Shown: positions 1 through 13,323 of the stretch, piece after piece
Layout: every line of letters begins with the position of its first letter
Position numbering within the stretch: the first letter of the stretch is position 1
Source: Dictyostelium discoideum
Lineage: Eukaryota
DNA length: 64,000 nucleotides
Reading direction: 5' to 3'
Assembly (NCBI GenBank): GCA_000004695.1
Contig: CM000151.3
Coordinates: 6,816,001 to 6,880,000, forward strand
Translations under genes and position numbers: made by a program
The notes under the pieces: model-generated
Seen by the model: only the letters and a program-made list of their open reading frames with translations
Told to the model about the DNA's origin: nothing
Database searches by the model: none

Positions 1-2129
1 AAATTGATATAATAATTCAAAATAATAAACCATATCAAACAATTAAACAATTGTTTCAACTATTGGTTAATGAAACCAAATCAATTGTTTTATATGCCCG
101 TTATTTAAAAGAATATAATGAACTAATCGAAACCATTGAAACATGCCGTCAAATTCAATTATTGTTAATGTATTTCATGACAAAAACCTATAATACCAAT
201 GTATTAATGTTTCTATTGAAAAAAGATTTACATATCAAATTAACTTCGAACTATTGCGAACCATATCTTGATATTTTATTCGGATGTAATCAAATCGATA
301 AAACCAATATTATTATATTCTACAACACCTATAAATCACAAAAATCAATCATTGCGGAAGATATTGATAAAAAACCACTGGATGATTTAATATCAACAAA
401 GGATCTTGTTGATTTTGGTAATAAACAATTGCATTCAATTTTAGGTAATGAATCATCATCGAAATGGAAAGAAATTGCATCAAATCTAATTGATAATGAT
501 AAGATTGTTACAATTAAAGATAAAGAAACAATCGATTGGTTATCAGATATAGAAACAGGTGGTTGTAGTATTTTAAATATAAGAGATACTTTACATTCAA
601 AATTAAAACAAATGAAACTTGATTTTAGTACATCGGAATTATTAGAATATGCAAGAATCAAATTTAAACAAGTAATTCCAATTTTAGATTCAAATAAAAA
701 GTTGCCTAGTATCCACATTTTACGTACTCATGATGATATTGTATCATTAATCAATCGTTTAAATGAATCAAACTTTATTGATAATGAAAATTTATTTAAA
801 TATTATATGATTCAACTAATTCAATTTGGTTCAAGAAACTCAAATAAATACCAAAGATCAATTTGTGATAACGTTGGCGAGATTGATTTAGTTTTAGAAA
901 CCATGGTTGAACATTTTAATATTGAAGAATACTCCCAGGGAGCATACATTCAGGTTCACGACGATTTTAACAAATACAAAATACCAACTCAACAAATAAT
1001 CAATCTCTCTAAAATTAAAGTCAATGTCAATCACTTTCCAAATGCAACATCTTATTTACTTCAAACTTTTATCAAACTTTTAAATTTTGATGGTACTAAA
1101 TTTCTTCTTGATAATTCAAATGGTAAAAAATTATTATTTAATGAAAAAGCATTCAAAGATCGTTTTCACAATAGGATCTATATATCCAAATACTCATATA
1201 AAGGTTTAATAGATTTTATTCAATATTTAATTGATAAATTCTTAGAAGGTCCATTATCATTTACAAATTTATTATTGATACTGAATTTCTTATATTTAAA
1301 GTTAATAAGAGTCAATAATTTAACAATTGATCAAATTAAAACAGCATATCAATTAATATCAAACTATATTGAAATAAATCGTTCAAAACTCACATCATAC
1401 TATTATTTAAAAACATTATCACCAATTATTGCATCATGTATTACCGTTTGTGAAGATCCTACAGGTGAATATCCTACAAGTGGTTCTAAAAGAGAACGAC
1501 CATTCTTAAATTATGATATAGATACATCAGTATATACATTTGAATATATATTTTCAAATAGAACCAATGACGATTTGAACAAATTTATCGATTCAACAAT
1601 CATGGATATTGTAAAAGATAGTTATAATGTGGGAATGTTTTCTAAAATGTTAGATAATAATAATCCAAGAATTACTTTATTTTTACATTATCTTGAAATG
1701 GAATTGGAAAAAAGAAAGACAAACCAAATCAAAGAACCATTTTTAAATTATCAAATATTCAAATTAATAATTAAAACATTTGATATAGAATCATTTATTA
1801 AATTTGATAATTTATTACAACAAAATGAATTCCATATAATAAGAGAAAACCATAATGTTGTTAATGGTGAACAAGAGAATGCAAATGATTCAAGAGATGG
1901 TGAACAAAATGATATAAGTGATCATGGTGAACATGAAAATTTAACAATCAAAGAATTATTTTGTAATGGAGAAAAACCATTATTATCATCTAATATGGTT
2001 GAATGGTTAGGTGAAATTATAATTCACAAAGATTATTCAGATTATAAGGATATTATAAATTACTTATTCAAAAAATATGAACATCAATTGGGGACCACAC
2101 AACTTTTAATTAAAATCTGTACACATTAA
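1..2129 (+). CDS. Paralog A (partial, 5' end lies upstream of window) of a lineage-specific ~1070-aa protein family; C-terminal ~700 aa
   Basis: The reading frame is open from nt 3, and the listed TTG 'start' at 51 is internal. The translation (IDIIIQNNKPYQTIKQLFQLLVNETKSIVLYARYLKEYNE...) aligns colinearly with residues ~350-1068 of the minus-strand paralogs at 18384-21590 and 23123-26353. The stop is TAA at 2127-2129. No recognisable conserved domain. Confidence 0.8.
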   Translation, partial: IDIIIQNNKPYQTIKQLFQLLVNETKSIVLYARYLKEYNELIETIETCRQIQLLLMYFMTKTYNTNVLMFLLKKDLHIKLTSNYCEPYLDILFGCNQIDKTNIIIFYNTYKSQKSIIAEDIDKKPLDDLISTKDLVDFGNKQLHSILGNESSSKWKEIASNLIDNDKIVTIKDKETIDWLSDIETGGCSILNIRDTLHSKLKQMKLDFSTSELLEYARIKFKQVIPILDSNKKLPSIHILRTHDDIVSLINRLNESNFIDNENLFKYYMIQLIQFGSRNSNKYQRSICDNVGEIDLVLETMVEHFNIEEYSQGAYIQVHDDFNKYKIPTQQIINLSKIKVNVNHFPNATSYLLQTFIKLLNFDGTKFLLDNSNGKKLLFNEKAFKDRFHNRIYISKYSYKGLIDFIQYLIDKFLEGPLSFTNLLLILNFLYLKLIRVNNLTIDQIKTAYQLISNYIEINRSKLTSYYYLKTLSPIIASCITVCEDPTGEYPTSGSKRERPFLNYDIDTSVYTFEYIFSNRTNDDLNKFIDSTIMDIVKDSYNVGMFSKMLDNNNPRITLFLHYLEMELEKRKTNQIKEPFLNYQIFKLIIKTFDIESFIKFDNLLQQNEFHIIRENHNVVNGEQENANDSRDGEQNDISDHGEHENLTIKELFCNGEKPLLSSNMVEWLGEIIIHKDYSDYKDIINYLFKKYEHQLGTTQLLIKICTH

Positions 2130-2285
2130 ATTAATATTTTTCTAAATTAACTTTCCATAAATAATAAAGTATAAAAATAAAAATAAAATTTTTAAAAATG
2201 AAATTTCATTAATTAGTTATTTTTATTTATTTATTAAAACAAATTTACTTCTATTTATTGTATTTTTATTTTTTTAAATATTTAA

Positions 2286-3040
2286 TTAATTGTGAGTAAT
2301 AGTAGTGCCTAATAATTTAATGAATAATTGAATTAATTTTGGATGACATGGCCATGCTTTACCAGAAACGATATGACCATCAACAACAGCATCATCGACA
2401 GCGATATCTTGATAAATTCCACCAGCTTGTTGAACTTCTGGACGACATGCTGGGTATGCGGTACATTTAATACCTGAAACAATATTTGCAGCTGTTAAAA
2501 CTTGAGCACCATGACATACTGCTGCAATTGGTTTCTTATTTGTATTAAAATCTTTAACAATTTCAATAACTCTATCATCTAATCTTAAAAACTTTTTTTT
2601 TTTTTTTTTTTTTTTTTCATATTAGTATATTATAATATAATTTTCATTTTATTATTATTAAATGATTTGATTTAATACAAACCTCACTACAACGACCACC
2701 TGGTAAAAATAAACCATTATAAGTTGCAGTATCTACTTTATCAAAATCAAAGTTTAATTGAATTCTATGACCTTTTAATTCTGTATATGTTTGTTCACCT
2801 GTTTTTATTTTTTATTTTTTTTTAATTGGATTGCTAATAATAAAATAAATATAAAAAAGTAAAATAATAATACATACCTGGAAGGAAATCATGAATAGCA
2901 GTAACAATAAAATCACCACTCTTTTTACCTGGACTTACCAAATGAACGTTATATCCAACTAATTCTAACATTTGTTTAACTGCATAGGTTTCATAATCTT
3001 CTGTATAATCACCAGTGATAATTAAAATGTTTCTGGTCAT
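2286..3040 (-). CDS. DJ-1/PfpI family protein (class I glutamine amidotransferase-like), 3 exons: complement(join(2286..2591,2683..2798,2878..3040)), ~194 aa
   Basis: Exon 1 is MTRNILIITGDYTEDYETYAVKQMLELVGYNVHLVSPGKK...HDFLP, with donor G|GTATGT. Exon 2 is GEQTYTELKGHRIQLNFDFDKVDTATYNGLFLPGGRCSE, with donor GTTTGT. Exon 3 is FLRLDDRVIEIVKDFNTNKKPIAAVCHGAQVL...HN*. LFLPGG and AAVCHGAQ match the PfpI/DJ-1 nucleophile-elbow region (LLLPGG...AICHGP). Splice phases are consistent (1, 0). Confidence 0.7.
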
Positions 3041-3101
3041 TTTTGTTTTCTAATGCTTGAATGAATAAAATTTTATTAAATAATAATGTAAAGGAGTATT
3101 G

Positions 3102-3133
<32 letters not shown>

Positions 3134-3662
3134 AATTGGTTGAACAAAAAAAAAAAAAATAAAAAAAAAAATAAAAAAAAAATATAAAAAAAAATAAAAT
3201 TCTTTCCTAAATTTTAATTTAAGTTTCCGATTACTTCCCATTTTTTTTTATTAAAAAAACTAACTTTTCAAATTAATTCCTTTGGAAAAACTAGAAAAAT
3301 TAATTAAAAAAACAAAAAAAAATTTGGAAAAAGAAAGTACTTCCAAAGTATTTACATTTAAATAATTATTTACATAATTAAAATATTTCATTTTATTTAA
3401 ATTATTAACTTTTTTTTATTTTATTTTATTTTATTTTAATAGGGGACGAAACTAACAACTCCATTAAAAATTTGAAATTTTATTATGAAAATTATTTATT
3501 ATCAACATTTAATTTATTGATGATGCTCCATATGTTAAATATTAATATTAAGTTATTAAATTTTTAAAAATACAATAAATAAAATTAAAATTAAAAAACC
3601 TTTTTTTAATTTTTTATATGAATAAATAATTTTTCTTTTTTTCTTTTTTTTAAAATTTTTAT

Positions 3663-6600
3663 TTATAAATCATTCATCATAATAAAACCTTTTTTCTCTA
3701 AATTTAGTTTTTGTAAAGATAAATTATCAGTATTAAATAACCAACTATTTAAAGATACAATTATATAAGGTAATAAAGCAATTGATGGAGCAATAATTAA
3801 AAGTAGCCAAAAGGTTGGTAAAGCATAGAGTTCAAAGATGATATGGGTTGCATCAGCTTCTACGTATCTACCGAGTACACTATACAACATTACAAATAGG
3901 AAAGTGGAGACAACACTAATGGATACGGCTAAAATGGTTTGACGAGTCCAATAACGAGTGATGAAACTAATTTGTAAATTGACAGTGACTACCAAATAAA
4001 TGTAGGCAGCAGTACCAATGGACCAAAGACCAAGAGTTTTACCACCTTCAATGGTTGAAGTATTCATTACGAAAAAGGTTACAAAGAAAATAGTTGCTGA
4101 TTGCCACATACCAATGAAAACCCACCAAATAAATTTCCAAGTTGAAAATGGTGAATTTGATTGACAAACCCTATAGAGATATGGTTTGTTCAATAGGTCA
4201 TCCTCTTTGGTGTCTTGATCGAATGTACCTAAAAATATGACAGGTAATGATGTGAACAATGCATTGTAAAGAGTGAAAAGGAAATCGAAATAAATCATTT
4301 GACCACTAAAGCCTGAAAAGAAACCAAACCAAAATTGACTAATTGAGAGTGCAATATTCTTTGAAAATGAATAAAGGATTAACTTTGTCATTCTCTTGTA
4401 ACTACGATTGCCATGCACTAAAATTAAACGACGAAGCATTGAAAAGTTTGCAATTGCAAAATCGGAAGCCAATACCGCTTGCATACCCTCCCTACCACTA
4501 ATACCAACACCAACATGAGCCTTTTGAATCATTGGTACATCGTTTGCACCATCACCAATTGACATTGTAATTGCACCATCACCAAAGAGAAAACTTCTTT
4601 CCGCTACCAAATTTACAACCTTTGCTTTTTGGGAAGGTGAACAACGACAACAAACTACACTTTCACAAGTTTTGGCGACTTGTAAAAAGAAATAACGTAA
4701 ATCAGGCTCCAATGCCAAAGCCAATGTACTACCATCGATAATGATGGCGATATGTTTTTGACTTGCATTAACTGCTGGTGCTGACATTCCATTGGATTTA
4801 TTTAATAGATTTGGTGCATCTGAGGGCTCTAATCTTAATTTACTTGCAACTTTTTCCAAAAGTTTTGAAAGATACTTTACAGAACCCCATCTACCAGACA
4901 TATCATTGAAATGATGTAATCTCTTCTCGTTGGATATTGTTAACAATCTTTTCATCAATGCTTGTTTATTAGATTCATTCAATATAATCAACTCCATTTC
5001 TTCATTGATTACAGCGGATGAAGTTGAAATACTAATTGCCGTCTCTTGTTTATCACCTGTTAACACCCAAACTTTAATACCAGCCTCTCTTAGAGCCGAT
5101 ATTGTCTCTGGTACATGATCTTGTAATCTATCTTCAATACCTGTTGAACCAATTAATAATAGATCCTTTTCTATAAGTTCACAAGCTGCATCTACTTTCT
5201 CTGCTTTCTTCACCAAAGAGATTGAAGCCTCTTGATGAATTTTATTCCATGCTATATATTCCTCATGTTCAATGGTTCTAACTGACATACATAGTGTACG
5301 TAAACCTGAACATGCAAATTCACTTAGATGTTTCTCTGTTGATTGTAATATACCAACACAATGATCTGTATTCTTTTTTGCACGTTCAAATATTACAGAA
5401 TCTGCACCCTTACAATAAATTTTAATTTGATTCTTTTGATTCTTTACAATTACTGACATTCTCTTACGATAACTATTAAATTCCAATACATTTAATAATT
5501 CAAATCTTTCCTCTCTACCATGTACTGATATTGTTATGATATTATCCTCTCTTGACTTTAAAATGAAACCATATCTTGCTGCTGTTAATGTTAATGATTC
5601 TTCATCTGGTGATGCTGCTTGATATTTTGGTATTACACTACAACCACTATTTGTACCACCATTGAAATTATGATGACTCTTTGAATTATCATGATTCATC
5701 ATTAAATCATCAATTTCTTTATTCTTTTCAATTAATACAGTATTACAAATTGCTAAACATGTTAAAAATTCTTTAATATATTCAGTTTGATCCGATAATA
5801 TTGGTATTGAAATCTCTGGTTGTACTGGAATACCTAATGGATTTAATGAAGATGATGCATCACCACCACTACCACCACTACCACCACTACCACTACCACC
5901 ACCACTTAAACCATTACTTTGTCTTAGGTAAGAACCATTTGAACTATCTGATAATTGATTTTTAATAAATAATCTTAAATCTTGTAAACTTGAATCTTCA
6001 GGACCATAAACTTGACCACCGATTGTACAACGATTGAAAACCATTTCATTACAAGTTAAAGTACCAGTTTTATCAGAGAATAAATATTGAATTTGACCCA
6101 ATTCTTCATTGATATTTGTATTTCTAGCTTGTGCTGGTGTATCGGTTGATTCATCATACATCTCCAAATCACTATCGATGAAATGTGCATTTGATACTCT
6201 AATCATTTCCATAGAGACATACATTGACAATGGAATCAATGTATTGTAGAGTATAACATAACTTACATAGATGAAATCTTCGGTTTGTTCTGGATCATAA
6301 TCGATATACCATGGCTTTGCATCTTTATCATCCTCCAAATGCCATCTATTATGACCAATGGAACATATGATACAAATGATGGTTTGTAAAAGGAAAAGTA
6401 TTAAAAGTTTATTATTTACACCACGTTCAACTGATGAACGTTTTTGACTTGCTTTTGATGCATTCTTTTCAATCTTCGTATCTACACCACTATAGGTAAC
6501 CACACCAATCACCCAATCGGTATTACGAAGTTTAGTACCTCTCAATAGTAGTTGATCAATTGAAACTGGTACATAATTCGTAGTTGGTACAACAGTTGAA

Positions 6601-8881
6601 TCACCAATATTTGAACGTTCAAAACCTTTTAAAATTGTCAATACACCATCGAATGAATAAATGTCATTATTTGGTCCTTCATAATCAACTTTACAACTGA
6701 AATCATCTAAATCCTTTGCACCCTTTATCCATTGACATTTTGAAATGGATGATTTCGCTTTTAGATTGGTCTCGCCATCAAGATTTGCAGTCTCTAAATA
6801 TGCTCTACCATCGGATCTTGAAGAGCTTAAACAAATGATATCGGCTGGTAATGATTCACCATTCTTTACATAAATTATATCACCAACTTTAATATCTTCC
6901 CAATGACAACTTTGAAATACTCCAACCTTACTATAATCATTATCAGGTACCATTGGTATATTCTTTTCAGTTTGAATGTATTGTTGTTTAATTGAACCGA
7001 AAAAATTACCTATTCTACTAATGAAACCATTGAATCCACTTTGTCGTCTTTTTAAATCTTCTTTGCTAGCAGTTGGTGAAATAATATAAAATGGTGGTCT
7101 ATAAATTGAAGTTTCTCTACCATTAATCTCTTTATCTTGTTTATGACGTTTTAAATCCTCTGCCAACTCTTTAAATGATGTTACCGCTATAACCACCAAT
7201 AATGGTGTTAGCGAAGATACTGGTCCAACTGGTGAGAATGAAAACATACAAAGTATAACAATTGCCAATGTATAAAGATTTGCTAATCTTGAGAATTGAT
7301 AAAATATTACCTTTGGTATAAATGTAAAAACATTATATTTACTTGTAATAACTTGATTAGTTTTCATAGATAATAATTGTGATTTATCTGTTGAGGTAGC
7401 AACTGAACTTGTTATTTGTTCATTATTATTATTATTATGATTATTATTTAATCCATTATTATTATTGTTATTATTAATAATGTTATTATCATTATTATTA
7501 TAATTATTATTATTATGACCAGATGAGAATGGTGATTTTGGGAATAACTTTTTTAATTTAAAATATTGTTTAATCTTTTCACCTGTTGTTAATTTCTTTG
7601 TAATTGAAGTTGTGGTTGCAATTGCTTTCTTTACATCTGAACCATAGAAAAATATACATCTACTTGCTTTTGCTTGTGAACTACTACTTGATGCTGATTC
7701 ATCTCTTTCAATATCGAAACTACCAACCAAACTTGCAGTCAATAGAATCAATGAATTATCAGATGGATCTTGTAATGATACAACCGATACAAATAACTTC
7801 AAACCTAATAATATACCACCAATTATATTCAATATACATAATAATGAAACAAATAAAACATAACTCCAAAATGCTAATAACTCCTCTGTAAATGGTCTTG
7901 AACTTTGTGTATGTGCATATGTAAACGTCATAATTAAATCTAAAATCGTTGTGCTAAAACATCCAATAACATATAATAATATTAAATATGGTTTCAATCT
8001 TTTTACACCATATGATCCAATTACTAAAAATAATGCTATTTAAATATAATAATAAAAATATAAAAAATATTAATTAATACCCCTGTTTATCTCTGTCTGT
8101 CTGTCTGTTTGTTTGTTGTTTGTTTGTTTGTTTGTTTGTTTGTTTGTTTGTTTGTTTGTTTGTTTGTTTGTTAAATATATATATATAATCTTACCTTGAA
8201 AGAAAATTAATAACATAACATAATATTTCTCTAAAACGAAAATTGGTAAAGCTCTAATTAAATTACCAACGGTTTGAACTGTAATTATATGAGTTAACCA
8301 TTGTCTACCAACTCTCAATGCAATTGCATCTCTTTTTTTTCTTTGAACTGCACTATGTGATGCTTTTAAGATTGCAAGATATTGATCTGGTACTTGTGAT
8401 TGATGTTGTTTATGAATAAATACTTTTGAATTTCTTTGATTGTCGTCATTATTATCTTCATTATTATTATTATTATTATCATCATCATCATCATTATCTT
8501 TAATTATTATTGGTGTATTACTTTTATTTAAATCTGATTCTTTATCTTGTTTTTTCTTAAATATATTTCTTTTACTCTTTTTTTTATATTTCTTTTTATT
8601 ATTACTGTTATTATTATTATTATTACTATTATTATTCTCGCTATATACATCATTACCATTATTATTATTATTACTATTTGTATTGTTATAACTATTATTA
8701 CTATTAGAATTATTATTGGTATATGGATAATTAATATGATATGGTGAATTTGGTAATGAGTTTAATGGTACAGATGAAAATAGTTGTGAACTTTCAGTTA
8801 AATGAGGATTTATATACCCATTATTATTATTATTATTATTTTGTTGTTGGTGTTGTTGATGTTGTTGTTGATATTGTTGAT

Positions 8882-8915
<34 letters not shown>

Positions 8916-9311
8916 ATATTTTATGTTTTTTGAATCGCTTTCTAAATCGACATGTTCTAAATCTGTATGTTGTGTAAGTGTTTGGTTGTGAGCATCATTA
9001 TTTATATTACCATAGATAGTAAAATAACTTTTATCACTTGCACCATTATTATTATTACTATTATTATTACCACTATTATCATTATTGCTATATATCTCTT
9101 GTTGTTGTTGTTCTTCAAAAGTATCTTCTTCGTAACCCATTCCTTGAAGTAATGGATTATTTGATCTTGCACTATTAGTGCTATCTAAAAGGTCATATGA
9201 TACACCCCCATTTAATATTGCACTATTATCTGTTGTTGACCTATACTGTTGGTGATGATTTTGTTGTTGTTGTTCATTATTATAATGGTAATCACCATTA
9301 TAATTTGACAT
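3663..9311 (-). CDS. P4-type ATPase (phospholipid-translocating flippase) with long low-complexity N-terminal exon; complement(join(3663..8035,8195..9311)), ~1829 aa
   Basis: The 1444-aa ORF contains DKTGTLTCNEM (the P-type phosphorylation site), VLTGDKQETAISI, IGDGANDVPMIQKAHVGVGISGREGMQA, VITSKYNVFTFIPKVIFYQFSRLANLY and SFSKNI...FWFGFFSGFSGQ, which are all P4-ATPase hallmarks. The upstream 413-aa ORF (8070-9311) starts at ATG 9311 and is poly-N/Q rich. It ends ...LIFFQ with G|GTAAGATT (donor at 8194/8193). It joins, in phase 1, via ...TATTTAAATAG| (acceptor at 8037/8036) to exon 2 (ALFLVIGSYGVKRLKPYL...). The N-terminal extent is the less certain part of the model. Confidence 0.75.
8088..8170. 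repeat. (TCTG)n-(TTTG)n microsatellite inside the P4-ATPase intron
   Basis: ctgtctgtctgtctgtttgtttgttgtttgtttg... read directly. When the intron is read through, it translates as the KQTNKQTN artefact at the end of ORF 8070-9311. Confidence 0.9.
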
Positions 9312-9750
9312 ATTTAAACTTGTATTTGTATATTAATTATTGCTATTTATTTATTTTTTTTTTTTTTTTTTTTCTTTTATTATTATTATTATTATTATTA
9401 TTACTAATACTACTATGATACTACTAAAATTAAAAAATAAACATATTAATTTATGATATGTATCATAATTTATTTGTTAGAACCTGAAAATTTTATGATA
9501 AAGAAAAAAATAAAAAAATAAAAAAATAAAAAAAAAATTGAAAAAAAAAAAAAGGAAAAGGCGCCTGGGTCATTATTATAAGAAAAATTTTAAAACTATT
9601 TACATACCAATTTATTAATTTATGATAAATAAATAAATAGATATTATTATTATAAATAAAAAAAAATTTATATTATTTTTATATGTGATTTTTTTTATAT
9701 ATGTTGGTGTGGGTGAATGAATTTGAACAAATTTGCAATAAAATCGTCTT

Positions 9751-9782
<32 letters not shown>

Positions 9783-10245
9783 TTATGGGTGGTGTCGTGG
9801 TTGAAGTGAATAAAATAAAAAAAAAATAAAAAATAAACAAAAAATAAACAAAATATGAATCTTTGTAATTTTCTATGTTAAATTGGTGTGTAGGTTATAA
9901 CTACTAAGTTATTCTGAAGTAAAAAAAGAAGCAACTTGAAAAAAAAATAAAAAAAAATTATAAAAAATAAAAAAAAAAAAAATATTAAAAAAAAAAAAAA
10001 ATAAAAAAAAAAAAAAAAACTGCAAAATATTAAAAAAAAAAAAGCAAAGTAATCGACTTTGATTTTTTATATTTTTTTTAAATTTTATTTTTTTAATTTA
10101 AATTTTATTTTTTTAATTTTTGATCAAAAACCTTTTAATCGATTCACATTGTATCTTTTGCTGTTAAAATTAATTATTTTTTAAAATCAAACCTAATTTA
10201 GTGATTTTAATTTAATTTTTGATCCAAATATTTCTAAAAGAGATA

Positions 10246-10287
<42 letters not shown>

Positions 10288-10347
10288 TTTTTCACACTCC
10301 TTTGGGTATGAATATTTATTATATATTTAAATTAAAAGACACTACCC

Positions 10348-10387
<40 letters not shown>

Positions 10388-10554
10388 ATAATTATTATTA
10401 TTTTATTTCCAACTTTTTTTTTTTTTTTTTAATTTTTTTTTATTTTTATTTTTTTTTTTTTTATTTTTTTTTTTCCATTTAAAATTTTTTTTTTTTTGTT
10501 TTTTTTTTGTTTTTTTTTTTTTAAAAGCTAAATGAGTAGAGAGAGATAATAAAT

Positions 10555-10777
10555 ATGTACTCTACTCAACTTAACATTGATGAAGACCTTGGCAATGATT
10601 ATAATATTAATTTAAATAACATTGGCCAATGTGAGGTAGATAGTATTTATTATCAAAATCAAATCAAATCAAAATCATCATCATCATCATCATCACCATC
10701 TCCACACCATCTACAACTACACCATCTAAACAATTCACACATTCAACACCAACAGCAATACCACCACAATAGCCACC

Positions 10778-10809
<32 letters not shown>

Positions 10810-11869
10810 CAACAACAGCAACAGCAACAACAACAACAACAACAACAACAATACCACCAACAACAAATACATCAACAACAATATCATCAACAACAACCAC
10901 CACAACCACCATTTTCAACACCAAATAGAAGAAGATCGATTCCACCAACTACTACAACGACAACGACTACAACAACTGCAAATAACACTCCAGTAGGATT
11001 AAACTATCAATATGAATCAGTAAATAGTTTTAATAATAGAATAGAGTCATCCCCAACACTTTCGTCATCCAATCATAGTAACGTTAGTGGCTATAGCATG
11101 AATCCAAACAATTTGAATTGCACACCACTATACAGTAGTTTCAATAGTAGTGGATTTAGCACAAATACCTCTGACTATTATACACCAGTTACATCATCAA
11201 CATTTAATATAAATCCTAGTCCAACTAATAGTATTAATATACAACAACAACAACAGCAACAACAACAGCAACAATATCCATCATATAAAAATAGATTATC
11301 ATTTTCAGGTTCACTCTCTCCAACTAATCAATTTAATATTAACATTAATAATAATAATAACAATAATAACAATAATAATAATAATAATATAAATAATACC
11401 AACACCGTTTTAAAAAGATCTAGTTCTAAAGGTTCATTGGTTACTCCAACTACCACTCCAAATAATAAAGGTAATAGTATAGTTCATTCTAAAAGTACTC
11501 AATCTTTTAATTGTTACTATAATCAATCACCACCATCACCACAACAACAACAACAACAACAGCAATATTCAATATATAATCAACCACCACAATCACCACC
11601 ACAACAAAAACCACACTATGGATCATCTTCAACACCAAATCCACAATTGATATTACCAATATCATCACCACAACAACAACAGTTCCGCCATCATCATCAT
11701 CATCAACAACAACAACAACAACAACAACAGCAACAGCAACAACAACTCATCCAATCAGCACCACCTTCAACACGTTCAAAGATTAAGAAGGCACCTTCAT
11801 TTTGTGGTTATCCACCAAGATCAATTTTATTAGACTATTTTTTCATTGTAAGATGATGCATCCTATATA

Positions 11870-11916
<47 letters not shown>

Positions 11917-12161
11917 GAAAAAAAAAAAAAATTTTTTTACTAACTTGATTCTTCCAATTCAGATGGATTATACTCAAACTCATGAAACTTCAAATGTAGT
12001 AGCACTAGAATTATCAAATTCAAATATTAATTCTGTAAATAATGAAAGATTCGAATTGTTTAATAAACTTATTTATATCGATTTAAATAACAATTTTGTA
12101 CAGTAAGTTATTATTTTTATTTTATTTTATTTAAAATACAACCTTGAATGATTTATTGATA

Positions 12162-12195
<34 letters not shown>

Positions 12196-13323
12196 TTTAA
12201 AGCATTTTCGTCAATTCCTAATTTACAAGAATTATATTTATCAAATAATAGAATTTGTGATCTAGAATTTAATAATAATAATTTAAAGAGTAATAGTTTA
12301 AAGCCAACCAATGGTTTTGGATTTCAATTTTTAAAGAAATTAGATTTATCAAATAATCAAATAAACTCTTCAAATATGATTCATTTAATGAAACTTCAAA
12401 ATTTAGTTTGTTTGAATTTATCATCGAATGAGATTGTCACACTTCCTGATAATATGTCTTCATTTTCATCACTCGAGACACTTTATCTTGAAAATTGCCA
12501 CCTCTCTTTAAAAAATTCAACTTTATCAAGTTTATCAACAATACCAAAGTATGTATCATTATATATTATTTTTTATAAAAAAAAAAAAAAAAAAAACTTT
12601 TAAAATTTATACTAATATTTTGTATTATAATGTGCATTAATATCAATAAATTAAAAAAGTTTAAGATTATTAAATTTAAATGGAAATCAATGGGATAGAA
12701 TTTTACCAATTGATGGTGTTTTTAAATCATTAAATGAAATATCACTTTGTAATAATTTCATTTCAAATTTATTTAATATCGCAAATTTATATCATACATC
12801 TTATCCATTGTTAACTCGTGTTCAATTATTTGGTAATCCAGTTGTTGATCCAAGAATTTTTCAACCAAATTTGGATTCTTTAATTTCAAGTATACAAGTT
12901 AATAAAACTATTCAATTCATAACTACACAACCTCCATTTTTACTTTATTCAAATATAAATCAAAAACCACAACCACAACTACAACAACAACAACAACAAC
13001 AACCACAACAACAACAACAAACACAACAATCTAAAAGAAAATTACCACCTCATAAATCACAATCTTCACCATCTATCAATAGATCATCACCAATTAAACA
13101 ATTGGAAGATTTATCTTCAGATGCAGCATTATTTTATAATTATCAATCATCTCCATCACAACACCATCATCAACAACAAATACAACAACAACAGCAACAA
13201 TATTATGATTTAAATGATTATCAAAATTACTTTAGTACAAATGAAGGAAATGTTATTATTATTAGTAATAATCCATCTATAAATGAATTAAGTTTAAGTG
13301 ATCTCACAATAAATGATAGTTAA
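10555..13323 (+). CDS. Leucine-rich-repeat protein with poly-Q/H/T/N low-complexity N- and C-terminal regions; join(10555..11847,11963..12102,12195..12548,12666..13323)
   Basis: Exon 1 is the 433-aa ORF ending ...FFI|GTAAGA. Exon 2 is MDYTQTHETSNVVALELSNSNINSVNNERFELFNKLIYIDLNNNFVQ (donor CA|GTAAGT). Exon 3 is ...LDLSNNQINSSNMIHLMKLQNLVCLNLSSNEIVTLPDNMSSFSSLETLYLENCHL... (donor AA|GTATGT). Exon 4 is KLLNLNGNQWDRILPIDGVFKSLNEISLCNNFISNLFNIANL... and ends at the stop at 13323. LxxLxLxxN repeats are present. All splice phases were checked (0, 2, 2). Confidence 0.7.

Noticed and set aside
329-718. 129-aa minus-strand ORF inside paralog A, and the matching 113-aa plus-strand ORFs at 19864-20205 and 24630-24971 inside paralogs B and C
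   Set aside because: These are antisense to long, well-supported coding sequence. They are conserved only because the sense strand is conserved. The protein is low-complexity (ILSLSIRFD...) and there is no independent evidence.
3050-3241. 63-aa ORF rich in F/K from poly-A/T tracts. Similar ORFs are at 13304-13573, 13692-14045, 22182-22376, 22616-22900, 35286-36178, 38897-39130, 42995-43201, 50326-51165 and 59068-59372.
   Set aside because: These are translations of A/T homopolymers and microsatellites in intergenic spacers. They produce poly-F/K/I/Y strings with no coding signal.
8440-9418. Several plus-strand ORFs (poly-L/S/I/V) overlapping the P4-ATPase N-terminal exon
   Set aside because: These are the opposite strand of an AAT/CAA-rich coding microsatellite region. 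The minus-strand frame is the long, spliced, motif-bearing one.
10664-10948. 94-aa poly-V/G ORF antisense to the LRR gene exon 1. Analogous ORFs are at 32874-33249 and 33632-34727, antisense to the PAK gene.
   Set aside because: This is a reverse-strand reading of poly-Q/H/P (CAA/CAC/CCA) coding repeats. It is a compositional artefact.
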